Assembly (NCBI GenBank): GCA_025455065.1
Contig: JALONG010000002.1
Location: forward strand, 422 to 64,421
Length of the DNA stretch: 64,000 nucleotides
DNA from: Candidatus Kapaibacterium sp.
GTDB taxonomy: Bacteria; Bacteroidota; Ignavibacteria; Kapaibacteriales; UBA4661
Direction: 5' to 3'
The notes under the pieces were generated by a model. The model made no database searches. It saw only the letters and a program-made list of their open reading frames with translations, and was not told the origin of the DNA. Positions 48,103 to 57,747 of the stretch are shown here, one piece after another. Numbering within the stretch: the first letter of the stretch is position 1; each line of letters opens with the position of its first letter. A program made the translations under genes and the position numbers.

Positions 48103-48945
48103 ATGGCGGATTGCCACGCAGGAAGATGTTTGTTTTCCCCAAAGCCAAGTTCATACTTTTGCTTCCTCTACATTTTTCCCCACTTTTCTCCACTTCTCAT
48201 TACAACCTTGAATACATCACCAAACCTCACGCCACGCATCGTCATCATCATTCCTGCACTCAATGAAGAAGATTCCATTGGGCTTGTGTTGAGCCATATT
48301 CCGAAAGAACTCGCTGCAACGGTTATTGTCTGTGATAATGCCTCTCAAGACCGCACGGGCGCTGTTGCTGCGGAATTTGGTGCTGTGGTGGTGCCAGAGG
48401 AAGAGCGCGGCTATGGAGCGGCGTGTTTACGGGCGCTTCAAGAGGCGAATCGGTATTTACCCGATATGGTTGTATTCCTTGATGCTGATTACAGCGACAC
48501 ACCGGAAGAAATGATGCTTTTGCTTGAGCCGTTAAGACGCGGCGAAGCAGATTTGGTTATCGGTTCACGGCGTTTAGGGATGGCTGTGGGAATGGTTGAA
48601 CGCGGAGCGCTGTTGCCGCAAGCGCGGTTTGGGAATTGGCTTGCAACATGGCTTATTCGCTTGATTTGGGGTGTGCGATTTACCGATTTAGGACCGTTTC
48701 GCGCAATTACATGGGAAGCTCTTGAAGCTTTGCAAATGCAAGACCGCAATTTTGGCTGGACGGTCGAGATGCAGGTGAAAGCAGCACAACAAGGGTTTCG
48801 CTGTGTTGAAATTCCCGTGTCGTACCGAGTACGCATTGGGAAATCAAAAATCACCGGTACGCTCAAAGGTACTGTCAGAGCCGGATACAAAATACTTTGG
48901 ACAATCGCTGTTGCAGCATGGAGAAGTATGCAGTACACTAAGTGA
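48103..48945 (+). CDS. Family 2 glycosyltransferase (DPM1/dolichyl-phosphate mannosyltransferase-like). The true start is probably a non-ATG codon downstream of 48103.
   Basis: IVIIIPALNEEDSIG, VCDNASQDRTG and LDADYSD, characteristic of GT2 A-type folds. Confidence 0.75.
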   Translation: MADCHAGRCLFSPKPSSYFCFLYIFPHFSPLLITTLNTSPNLTPRIVIIIPALNEEDSIGLVLSHIPKELAATVIVCDNASQDRTGAVAAEFGAVVVPEEERGYGAACLRALQEANRYLPDMVVFLDADYSDTPEEMMLLLEPLRRGEADLVIGSRRLGMAVGMVERGALLPQARFGNWLATWLIRLIWGVRFTDLGPFRAITWEALEALQMQDRNFGWTVEMQVKAAQQGFRCVEIPVSYRVRIGKSKITGTLKGTVRAGYKILWTIAVAAWRSMQYTK

Positions 48946-49092
48946 CAATGTTCTTTCGACAAAATGCTACGTCAATCTCAGCCTGAACTCCGCATAAAAT
49001 CTCACTTGATGCTGTCGAAAGGCTGTCTTGAATTTTTGTCAATGAGTTTAGAGACTACACGCAACCAAGAAAATGATGATAATTGAAAAAGC

Positions 49093-49126
49093 AAAACCCC
49101 ACAAACACACGTGTTTGCAGGGTTTT
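49093..49126. terminator. Bidirectional hairpin terminator between the convergent GT2 and DUF2807 genes.
   Basis: AAAACCCCACAAACACACGTGTTTGCAGGGTTTT: stem flanked by an A-tract and a T-tract. Confidence 0.55.
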
Positions 49127-49185
49127 CTTTCGTTGTGGAGGAGAGTATTGCTAAGGGTCTTCACGTTTATTTTCTACATTTGTCG

Positions 49186-50109
49186 TTAGCGTTTGCTAAC
49201 GCTTCCGCTTCCGCGAATAGTTTTGCTGACGCTGGTTGCATTGCCGGAATAGTAAACATCACCACTTGCGAAAATTTGCGCGTCGAGTGATTTGTTTGCA
49301 TAAACTGTCGCGTCGCCTGAACCGGAGATTTGAACGCTGACATTCTCCGCCTGGAGGCGCTCTGCTTGGACGTTTCCGCTTCCTTTGATAGTAACATCCA
49401 ATTTTTCTGCTTTTCCGCCTCGAAAGCGTATTGAGCCGCTACCGCTTGAGTTCGATGTAAAGTATTGTCCTTCGGCGGAACTCTCTACGTCCAATGAGCC
49501 GCTTCCTGTCATTTGAGTTTTTAACGTTTTTGCCGCATAAATGCTTGCATCACCTGAACCATAAATCTGCACGGCTGCTTCATTGGCTTGCAATTTGCTT
49601 GCATTGATGCTACCACTACCGCTAATGGTCAGGTCGTGCTGCTCAACTTTTCCGCCTTTGTAGCGAATAGAGCCGCTTCCACTTACCACTGACACAAAGC
49701 GCTTTGCGTCAATCAAGCCTTCGATATCAGCCGAACCGCTTCCGCTTATTTTCACGCCTTCGAGTGTAGGATTGGTGATGATAAATTTCAGATGAATATT
49801 GTTGTACGAGCCACTTTTCATGCCGAGTTTGAGTTCTCCGTCAGCGGAAACTTCCGTCAGAACTGATTCCCAAATATTATCATCGGCTTCGATGACCACT
49901 TCGCGTTTATTGCCTTTTTTGAACAGGACATCGCCTGTGCCAACGATGTTAATCTTGGAAAATTCTGTAACGGGGCGGGTGTCGGAGAGAATTTTTCCTG
50001 AGCCGCGTGTGCCTCCGCCGCCAAACCATTGTGCAGGGGAAGAAACTGTTGCCGTAATGCTCAAAACCAGCGCTGTTGCTGCTATGCGAAAGAAGGAAAA
50101 AGTTTTCAT
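49186..50109 (-). CDS. DUF2807/DUF4097-family putative adhesin-like beta-helical protein with a signal peptide.
   Basis: Signal peptide (MKTFSFFRIAATALVLSITA) followed by repeated G-S-G-S-I/A..K..V..SGSG beta-helix-like repeats typical of the DUF2807 (head GIN domain) family. Confidence 0.6.
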   Translation of the reverse strand: MKTFSFFRIAATALVLSITATVSSPAQWFGGGGTRGSGKILSDTRPVTEFSKINIVGTGDVLFKKGNKREVVIEADDNIWESVLTEVSADGELKLGMKSGSYNNIHLKFIITNPTLEGVKISGSGSADIEGLIDAKRFVSVVSGSGSIRYKGGKVEQHDLTISGSGSINASKLQANEAAVQIYGSGDASIYAAKTLKTQMTGSGSLDVESSAEGQYFTSNSSGSGSIRFRGGKAEKLDVTIKGSGNVQAERLQAENVSVQISGSGDATVYANKSLDAQIFASGDVYYSGNATSVSKTIRGSGSVSKR

Positions 50110-50488
50110 TGGTTGTGAAGAAAAAATGTTGAACAAGTATCTATTTTTTTCTCACTACGCACAAGAGGTAAATTTTGTTTCAAAAAATACGAAAACCACC
50201 ATTTTCCCTCCGCTCTATATATAGCTCTGAAACAAGTATTAACGAGGCTTCTTCAGCAGATGTAAAAAATACTCCCATAATTAGTTTCAGCAAAATAATG
50301 AGCAAAAATGCTTTCGGTCGATTTTAATGTACGACTTTGCGAGAGAATTTACAGTATTGCGTCCTAAGCGCATGGATATTATCGTGGAAAGCAGAAAAAC
50401 ACTCGCTCCTAAGCAAAAAAGTTGTAGATTGTTGCTCTATTCCCGTCGTAAATCTCTACTTGTTTTACGCTTATTTTTCCTACGAAAA

Positions 50489-53400
50489 ATGACGCTTGCT
50501 AGTCGTGTAGGTGCTGTCGGTATGCTGGTCTTGAGCCTTCTGGTCTTTGGGACAGAAAGCCTTCATGCACAATTTTTACCGCGTGATTCGCTCTTGAAAG
50601 AATTGGCTGTACGCCGCGCCGCAAGTGCTGTTCGGGATTCGGATTATGTGCGCCTGTTATTCCTCGTTGCGCGGAGTTATCGCCCCAACACCGTACAAAT
50701 GCGCCCTTTTGTGGATGAAGCGCGGCAATTAGTTGAGATCTTGCACAGTCCACGCCTGCGGGCATTATTGCACCTTAATATCGGGAATATCTTACGCTTA
50801 GAGCGCCGTTTCACAGAAGCCCGCGATACGCTGAACCTTGCTTTTCAGGGTTTTTCCGAGCAGCGCGATTCTTCAAATATGTCCTCGACGGCGGGGCTGA
50901 TTGCGGTGCTGTATCAGCAGCGTGATATGTTCTCTATGGCGCTTCAATACTATATGCAGGAGATGGAAATTGCGGATAAATGCGGTGATGATAAGAACAG
51001 TTTTTTAGCACGAGTCAATCTCAGTGAAATTTCGATTGCGATGCAACAGCCGGAAAAGGCTCTGTACTTTGTTCGGCAGGCAAAACCGATTTTGGCGCGT
51101 ATTGGCTCAGATGCTTTCCGTGTGGAATGGGCGAAATCTATGGCTGCTGCGTACAGAATGACGCAAAAGCCTGATTCTGCCTTGCTTGTGGCGCAAGAAG
51201 GCGTGAAAGGCTCATGGAAACTTAATGACACGCTTTTGGTGGTGAATTTGTTAGCCCAGGAAGTTCGTTCGTTACGGGCAATGCAACGGTTTGATGAAGC
51301 ATTGGTACGTTTGGATTCCCTTGTCAGTCTTGATGTGGGGCTGAGTGCCGAAGGAGTTTTGCGCCCTACGATGTGTGCTTTGGCTGCTGAGGTGATGAGT
51401 GCTGCCGCGTTAGACTCTGTTTTTCTGTCCAAAACGTCGGCAGTCCGAAAAACTCATCTGTTGGAACAGGCGTTATCCTTTGCCAAGCGGGGGGTATCGC
51501 ATCCCAAAGCAAGCAAAAAAGATATGCTTGATTTGTATGTGGTCTTAGCAAAAGTGTACAATGCGCAAGGTCGGACTAATGAAGCATTTCTAGCCCAAAG
51601 CAGCCTTCTTACATTACGCGATTCGGTCTTTACGGCAAGCCTGCACGCGAGTATTGCCGATATGCAGGAACGCTACGCGCTTGCGCAAAAAGAAGCCGAA
51701 ATTGCTCTGCTGCAAGCGCAGGAGCGCCGCGCAACGATGCTGAATCTGCTATTGACAACGCTCACGCTTTGCGGTCTGTTTGTTGCTGGTGTTTCCTATC
51801 ATCGGTATCGTTCCCAAGAGCGCTCGGAACGGGCTTTACAGGAGGCAAATGAACGTTTGCAGGGGTTATACAAAGAAGCTCTTGCCTACAAAACGCGCAT
51901 TGAAGACCAAAATATGGTCTTAATGGCGCATGAGCGGAAATTACTTGAATCGTTACAGCACAAACAGTTTTTGTCCATTGTTGCCGGTAGTACGTCGCAA
52001 ATGGTCATTATTACTGATGCCGAAGGGCGTGTGCAATTTGTCAATGAGCAGTTTGAGCAGCGCACCGGGTACACTGCTTCGGAAATGATTGGGATAAAAC
52101 CCGGAAAAGTGTTGCAGGGCAAAAACACCAATCCTGAAACGACACGGGAAATCGCACAAGCGCTCCGAGAACGCCGTGCTTTTGAAGGTGAAATCGTGAA
52201 TTACACTAAAGAAGGACGTGAGTATTGGGTGCATCTTTCCATTACACCCGTGTTCAATGACAATGGTGAATGTGAGCATTTTTTGGCGATGCAATACGAT
52301 GTTACTGACCAGCTCCGCAAGCAAGCAGAGGAGCGGATTCAGGCGGAGTTAACGCTGCAAAGTATGATGGCTTCGACGCGAGAAATTGTGATGCTGGTCG
52401 GTGCGGATTTTCAGATGATGCAGTTCAATAAAACCGCTTACAAAGCTATGCGTGAGATGATGCCGGAAATTGAACCGGCAATCGGAATGGATATGCGGCG
52501 ATATTCTCCGGTTCCTTTGGAGGAAGTAGAAAAAGATTTTGAAGAGGTAATGAAAGGCAAATCTGTTGCGTTTGATTTGGATATGCCAAATCCCTCAAAC
52601 CCCACAGAAACACTGACTTTTGAAGTGAACTATAATCCCGTGCGCAATTTACAAGGGGAAATTATTGCGGTAAGTTTTGTTGCGCGAAATATCACCAAAC
52701 GCCGACAGGCTCAGGCACAAATTGAGCAAATGAATCTTTGGTTGGAAAAGCGCGTCCAAGAGCGTACAAAAGAGATAGAAATGCGGGCATTGCAACTTTC
52801 GGCAACAAATAACAAACTTGCGACAGCGTATGCCGACTTGGAAATGGCACAGTTGGAATTGTGGTCGAAAAATCAGGAGTTAGAAAATGTGAATGTGCAA
52901 TTACAGGAAGCAAACTACGAAAAAAGCGAGATTTTAGGTATTGTTGCACACGATTTGAAAAGTCCGCTTTCGGGTATTCAAGGGCTTGCTGAAGTCTTGC
53001 GTGCAGGTATTGATACGGAGTATGCCCAACAAGCCGCTATCGAAATTTACAACGCTTCCGAAAGAATGTTTCGCCTTATCACGAATCTTTTGGATGTCAA
53101 TGCGATTGAAACAGGCAAAATGCCGATAAATCTTGGTCCTTTAGATGTGGGGTTCATCATTGAAACGATTGTTGAAAATTACACTTTGAGGGCTTTGGCA
53201 AAAGTAATTACGATTAATGTCGTTCTCCCCACAAGCCGTGTTTACGCGCTCGCAGATGAATTTGCACTGCCGCAGGTCGTGGAAAATTTAGTCAGTAATG
53301 CCGTTAAATATTCGCCGTTTGAAAAACAGGTTTGGGTTCGCGTGAAAGAAACAATCAACACCCAGAAACAAGCAGTGGTGAGGGTGGAAGTGCAAGACCA

Positions 53401-53605
53401 AGGACCCGGTATTTCTTCGGGCGATATGCAGAAACTTTTCAGTAAGTTCTCTCGCCTTTCTGCTCAACCCACAGGAGGTGAACACAGCACCGGTCTGGGG
53501 TTGAACATTGCCAAAAAAATTGTTGAAGCGATGAAAGGCAAGATTTGGTGTGAGTCTGTGCTTGGAGAAGGAGCAACGTTTATCGTTGAACTTCCGAAAG
53601 CCTAG
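50489..53605 (+). CDS. TPR plus tandem PAS sensor histidine kinase, type A core. ORF track start at 50327.
   Basis: Signal/TM, TPR-like repeats, TM segment, two PAS-like segments (VIITDAEGRVQFVNEQFEQRTGY...; second around 52380..52700), EILGIVAHDLKSPL and GGEHSTGLGLNIAKKIVEAMKGKIWCESVLGEGATFIVELP. Confidence 0.85.
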   Translation: MTLASRVGAVGMLVLSLLVFGTESLHAQFLPRDSLLKELAVRRAASAVRDSDYVRLLFLVARSYRPNTVQMRPFVDEARQLVEILHSPRLRALLHLNIGNILRLERRFTEARDTLNLAFQGFSEQRDSSNMSSTAGLIAVLYQQRDMFSMALQYYMQEMEIADKCGDDKNSFLARVNLSEISIAMQQPEKALYFVRQAKPILARIGSDAFRVEWAKSMAAAYRMTQKPDSALLVAQEGVKGSWKLNDTLLVVNLLAQEVRSLRAMQRFDEALVRLDSLVSLDVGLSAEGVLRPTMCALAAEVMSAAALDSVFLSKTSAVRKTHLLEQALSFAKRGVSHPKASKKDMLDLYVVLAKVYNAQGRTNEAFLAQSSLLTLRDSVFTASLHASIADMQERYALAQKEAEIALLQAQERRATMLNLLLTTLTLCGLFVAGVSYHRYRSQERSERALQEANERLQGLYKEALAYKTRIEDQNMVLMAHERKLLESLQHKQFLSIVAGSTSQMVIITDAEGRVQFVNEQFEQRTGYTASEMIGIKPGKVLQGKNTNPETTREIAQALRERRAFEGEIVNYTKEGREYWVHLSITPVFNDNGECEHFLAMQYDVTDQLRKQAEERIQAELTLQSMMASTREIVMLVGADFQMMQFNKTAYKAMREMMPEIEPAIGMDMRRYSPVPLEEVEKDFEEVMKGKSVAFDLDMPNPSNPTETLTFEVNYNPVRNLQGEIIAVSFVARNITKRRQAQAQIEQMNLWLEKRVQERTKEIEMRALQLSATNNKLATAYADLEMAQLELWSKNQELENVNVQLQEANYEKSEILGIVAHDLKSPLSGIQGLAEVLRAGIDTEYAQQAAIEIYNASERMFRLITNLLDVNAIETGKMPINLGPLDVGFIIETIVENYTLRALAKVITINVVLPTSRVYALADEFALPQVVENLVSNAVKYSPFEKQVWVRVKETINTQKQAVVRVEVQDQGPGISSGDMQKLFSKFSRLSAQPTGGEHSTGLGLNIAKKIVEAMKGKIWCESVLGEGATFIVELPKA

Positions 53606-53650
53606 CTTGGCTTCACCGTGATATAATTTTCAATATTCCCTACAAACCCC

Positions 53651-54103
53651 ATGAATCCTGTTGTTGAACTTTTCCGCTCGTATATCGGTGTGGAAACGCT
53701 TGATGAGCGCGTACCAGTGGTAGTGCGCTGGCTGAATTTGCAGATTGTCGAAGCAAATGTTGGTCATATTAAACTCTCTGCCCGTGTACGCCCCGATATG
53801 TGCAACCCCGCACAGGTACTGCACGGCGGACTGCAATGTACGATTATGGACGAGGCTTTTGGTATGGCAGTCGGAACACTGGGCGTGGATAATTTTCACG
53901 TCAATACGAATCTGCACGTTGATTTCTTGCGCCCTGCGCCGCTTCATGCTGTTGTTATTGCAGAAGCACGTGTCGTGCGTGCGGGAAAGCAGATAAAAAA
54001 TGTCGAATGTGAATTACGTTTGGAAGACGGTTCTATCGTTGCTCGTGGCACATCAAATCTTTTCCGTACGGGAATTAATCCCTTAAAAGCGCATACGGGA
54101 TAA
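53651..54103 (+). CDS. PaaI-family hotdog-fold thioesterase.
   Basis: 150 aa with HGGLQCTIMDEAFGMAV, the TIGR00369/PaaI-type motif. Confidence 0.75.
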   Translation: MNPVVELFRSYIGVETLDERVPVVVRWLNLQIVEANVGHIKLSARVRPDMCNPAQVLHGGLQCTIMDEAFGMAVGTLGVDNFHVNTNLHVDFLRPAPLHAVVIAEARVVRAGKQIKNVECELRLEDGSIVARGTSNLFRTGINPLKAHTG

Positions 54104-54111
54104 TTGTCGTA

Positions 54112-57100
54112 ATGTCCATGTTTGTCATATCTGTCATAACTTTTTTCAGCAGATGTATGCACGTGCTTGTTATCGTCATATCGTTGTTATTGCTCTATGC
54201 GGAACCTGCATCAGGGCAGGGAGCATATTCGCCCCAAATTGCCTTTAAGCATTTGACGATTGATAACGGATTGCCGCAAAATACCGTATTTTCTATTGCG
54301 CAAGACCATCACGGCTTTATGTGGTTTGGTACGCAAGACGGACTTTGTCGGTACGATGGTTATGAAATGAAGGTATTTCGCCATGACCGCAAAAAACCGT
54401 ATTCGTTGCTCAATAATTATGTTTTATCCATGCTGATTGACAGCAAACAACGGCTTTGGGTGGGAACTGCCGGTGGCGGACTGAGCCTTTACAATGAAAA
54501 AAATAATCATTTTACGCCCTTTGTCCATAATCCCCATGTCGCACAAACACTTTCAGACAACAGAATTTATGCACTATGCGAAGACCGGACGGGTAAACTT
54601 TGGGTGGGCACTGAGCGCGGCGGAATAAATCTCTTTAATCCTGAAACGGGCAAGGCGCGAGCCTTTCTGCATAATCCGAGCGATATTCACAGTATTCCTG
54701 CAAATCGTGTCGCGGCGATTGTGAAGGATGCCGCAAAAACTTTGTGGATAGCAACGGTTGGGGGCGGTCTCTGTTATTTCAATCCCACGGATTCTACGTT
54801 TATTCGTGTACGGTTTGAGGCAAATGACGCTATGGCAACGCATGGAATTGTGAAAACGCAAGACCGTGCTGAAAAAGCAGGGAAGCCGCTGTTGGCGATT
54901 GACAACAATAGTGTTTCTGCGCTGTATGCCGACAGCGAAGGGTATTTGTGGGTGGGAACGCACGGAGCAGGGGTTTTGCGAGTTAATGTACGCCATAACA
55001 CGTGGGAGCGCGTTGTATCGAACTTTTCGGGCAAGCAACTACGCCCTGAAAATGACGTTTTTTCTATTGTTGGTGACCAAAATGGACGGATTTGGATTGG
55101 ATTGGAAGGCGGTGGTGTAAGAATTTATGACCGCTTGGGCGGTATTATCCTTTCCTGTGTCCACGACCCGCTCAATGCACCGAGTTTAAGCGATAATGTT
55201 GTCCGAAGAATGTACTGCGATAATGCCGGAACCATGTGGATAGGCACTGCCACAGGTGGGGTGAATAAATACGCCTCCGGAGCGCACCGTTTTTCGGTGT
55301 ATCGGCATGAACCCCTGAATCCGGGAAGTCTCGCGGCAGATGTTGTTCGGGCATTTTGCGAGGATGCAGCAGGAAATATTTGGGTAGGTGCTGTGGACGG
55401 TGGATTAAACAGATTCTTGCGAAAAGAAGGTACTTTCGAGCGTCATCAATACGCACCTTTGCACGATAAAGCCTTGGGAAGCGAGGATGTATGGGCATTA
55501 GCGGCTGCACCCGATGGTGAATTGTGGGTTGGAACACAAAATGGTTTATTTGCGTATCATCCAACAACAAAAACGCGCACGGTTTATCGTCATAGTCCTA
55601 GCGAAGCCGGTTCTATAACAAATAATATCATTCGCGCCCTGCATTTTGACCGCGACGGTGTGTTGTGGGTAGGAACAAATTTGGGTGGATTATGTCGTTT
55701 TGATGCTGCTTCGCGGTCGTTCAAATCATACCGTTTTTTGTTTAATGACAGTTTGACGACAACCGGAGCCGGAACAGTTTCTGACCCGATACGAGATATT
55801 CTCCACGCTTCCGACGGTACGTTGTGGGTTGGAACGGTAAACTTAGGCGTTCTGGCATTTGACAAAGAGCGAGGCGTAATTAAGGCTTCGTACAGGCACA
55901 ATGAGGCTGCTCCGGAAGGGCAGAAAGGTTTGAGCAACAATACCATTCGCTATTTGCACGAAGACAAACGCGGCAATATATGGGCTGGGACGCTGGACGG
56001 ACTAAATTGCATCAGCCCGCAAACAGGAGCAATTCGTGTTTATACCGAAGATGACGGGTTGCCGAATGAGGTTATTTACGGGATTTTGGAGGATAATGGA
56101 GGATTTTTTTGGCTTACCACTAATAAAGGTTTGGTACGCTTTCATCCCGAAAAACGTTCCTTCAAAACCTATACAAAACAGGACGGCTTGCAGAGTAATG
56201 AGTTCAATGGGCGAGCAGTGATGCGGGGTTCGGATGGCTGGTTTTACATGGGCGGTATAGGGGGTTTTAATACCTTCCACCCTGATTCTATTCGTGATAA
56301 TGGGCGTATTCCACCTGTTGTTTTGACTGATATTAAAGTCTTCGGAAGAAGCCTTGAACTTGACACAACAATTACGGAGCGCACAACACTGACATTGCCG
56401 TACACGCACTCGAATTGCACGTTTTCCTTTGTTGCACTGAATTTTGTCGGTGCGGAAAAAAATCAATATCGCTACATTTTAGAAGGCTTCGACAAGGAGT
56501 GGGTTGAAGCCGGAACAAGGCGGGAAGCCATTTACACGAATTTAGAGCCGGGCGATTATACCTTCCGTGTGCAAGGCAGCAACAACGACGGTATTTGGAA
56601 TATGGAAGGGGCTGTATTGACGATAACCATCACGCCGCCTTGGTGGGGAACGTGGTATTTTCGCTTGGGCGCGGTTGCCGGTGTTATTGCATTTGGCGTT
56701 TTTACATATCGTCGTCGGATTTTTGTCTATAGAGAAAATGAGCGTCGTTTGGAAAACCTTGTGCAGATGCGGACGCAGGTGCTGACCGAGACAAACAACC
56801 GCTTGGGTGCGGCGAATGAAGAAATTCAGCGTCAGATGATGATGCAACATGAGCAGTCGCACGAGTTGCAGAAGGCTTATATGCAACTTGACGAAGCAAA
56901 TGATATTTTGATTACGCGAAATCACGAACTGATGCAACTAAACAAAGAGAAAAACGACCTTTTGGCGATTGTTTCGCATGACCTCCGTAATCCGCTTGTT
57001 TCCACGCTTTTGGCTATTAAACTCCTGCAAAAACGGTACCCGAATTTGAGTGATGAAGAAAAGTTTGCATATTTAGCAAAAATCCAGAGTGCGAGTGAGC

Positions 57101-57747
57101 AGATGATTGATTTTATCACGAAATTGCTGGATGTAAACGCGCTGGAAACGGGAAAAATGCCCGTCAGCCTTGTTCCTTGCGATATTCGCGTAGCAACAGA
57201 AGCCATTATGGAAAATTATCACCCCCGCGCTGTTGCAAAAGGCATAACATTTAGCTATGAAGCCGCTTCCGAACCGATTGCTCTGGCTGATGCCGTGCTG
57301 TTGCCACAGGTATTGGATAATTTGCTTTCCAATGCACTCAAGTATTCGCCAAATGACAAAGTGATTGCAGTGCGCATCACCACTCGCAGCGCGAATAATG
57401 TTGAAAATACAAACGATGGAAAAACTGTCCGTTTGGAAGTCCAAGACCAAGGACCGGGCTTAACAGAGGAAGATAAACGACGATTATTTCAAAAATTCGC
57501 TCGACTTTCGGCGCGTCCCACCGGAGGCGAACACAGCACAGGTCTTGGATTAAGCATTGTGAAAAAAATGGTGGAAGCGATGCACGGCAAGGTTTGGTGC
57601 GAGTCTGAAATTGGCGTAGGCTCAACGTTTGTGGTTGAATTACCTGCGTTTCAATCAGCTAATCAGTCTGTCAATCATTTCGGTAATACGTACATCGGTT
57701 ATGCAGCACTCATGAACAGCGAACAGCATAAATACACGCTTCATTAA
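54112..57747 (+). CDS. Sensor histidine kinase, type A core: beta-propeller, Y_Y_Y, TM, HisKA, HATPase_c.
   Basis: 1211 aa with many Reg_prop repeats, YRYILEGFDKEW, DLLAIVSHDLRNPL and GGEHSTGLGLSIVKKMVEAMHGKVWCESEIGVGSTFVVELP. Confidence 0.9.
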   Translation: MSMFVISVITFFSRCMHVLVIVISLLLLYAEPASGQGAYSPQIAFKHLTIDNGLPQNTVFSIAQDHHGFMWFGTQDGLCRYDGYEMKVFRHDRKKPYSLLNNYVLSMLIDSKQRLWVGTAGGGLSLYNEKNNHFTPFVHNPHVAQTLSDNRIYALCEDRTGKLWVGTERGGINLFNPETGKARAFLHNPSDIHSIPANRVAAIVKDAAKTLWIATVGGGLCYFNPTDSTFIRVRFEANDAMATHGIVKTQDRAEKAGKPLLAIDNNSVSALYADSEGYLWVGTHGAGVLRVNVRHNTWERVVSNFSGKQLRPENDVFSIVGDQNGRIWIGLEGGGVRIYDRLGGIILSCVHDPLNAPSLSDNVVRRMYCDNAGTMWIGTATGGVNKYASGAHRFSVYRHEPLNPGSLAADVVRAFCEDAAGNIWVGAVDGGLNRFLRKEGTFERHQYAPLHDKALGSEDVWALAAAPDGELWVGTQNGLFAYHPTTKTRTVYRHSPSEAGSITNNIIRALHFDRDGVLWVGTNLGGLCRFDAASRSFKSYRFLFNDSLTTTGAGTVSDPIRDILHASDGTLWVGTVNLGVLAFDKERGVIKASYRHNEAAPEGQKGLSNNTIRYLHEDKRGNIWAGTLDGLNCISPQTGAIRVYTEDDGLPNEVIYGILEDNGGFFWLTTNKGLVRFHPEKRSFKTYTKQDGLQSNEFNGRAVMRGSDGWFYMGGIGGFNTFHPDSIRDNGRIPPVVLTDIKVFGRSLELDTTITERTTLTLPYTHSNCTFSFVALNFVGAEKNQYRYILEGFDKEWVEAGTRREAIYTNLEPGDYTFRVQGSNNDGIWNMEGAVLTITITPPWWGTWYFRLGAVAGVIAFGVFTYRRRIFVYRENERRLENLVQMRTQVLTETNNRLGAANEEIQRQMMMQHEQSHELQKAYMQLDEANDILITRNHELMQLNKEKNDLLAIVSHDLRNPLVSTLLAIKLLQKRYPNLSDEEKFAYLAKIQSASEQMIDFITKLLDVNALETGKMPVSLVPCDIRVATEAIMENYHPRAVAKGITFSYEAASEPIALADAVLLPQVLDNLLSNALKYSPNDKVIAVRITTRSANNVENTNDGKTVRLEVQDQGPGLTEEDKRRLFQKFARLSARPTGGEHSTGLGLSIVKKMVEAMHGKVWCESEIGVGSTFVVELPAFQSANQSVNHFGNTYIGYAALMNSEQHKYTLH

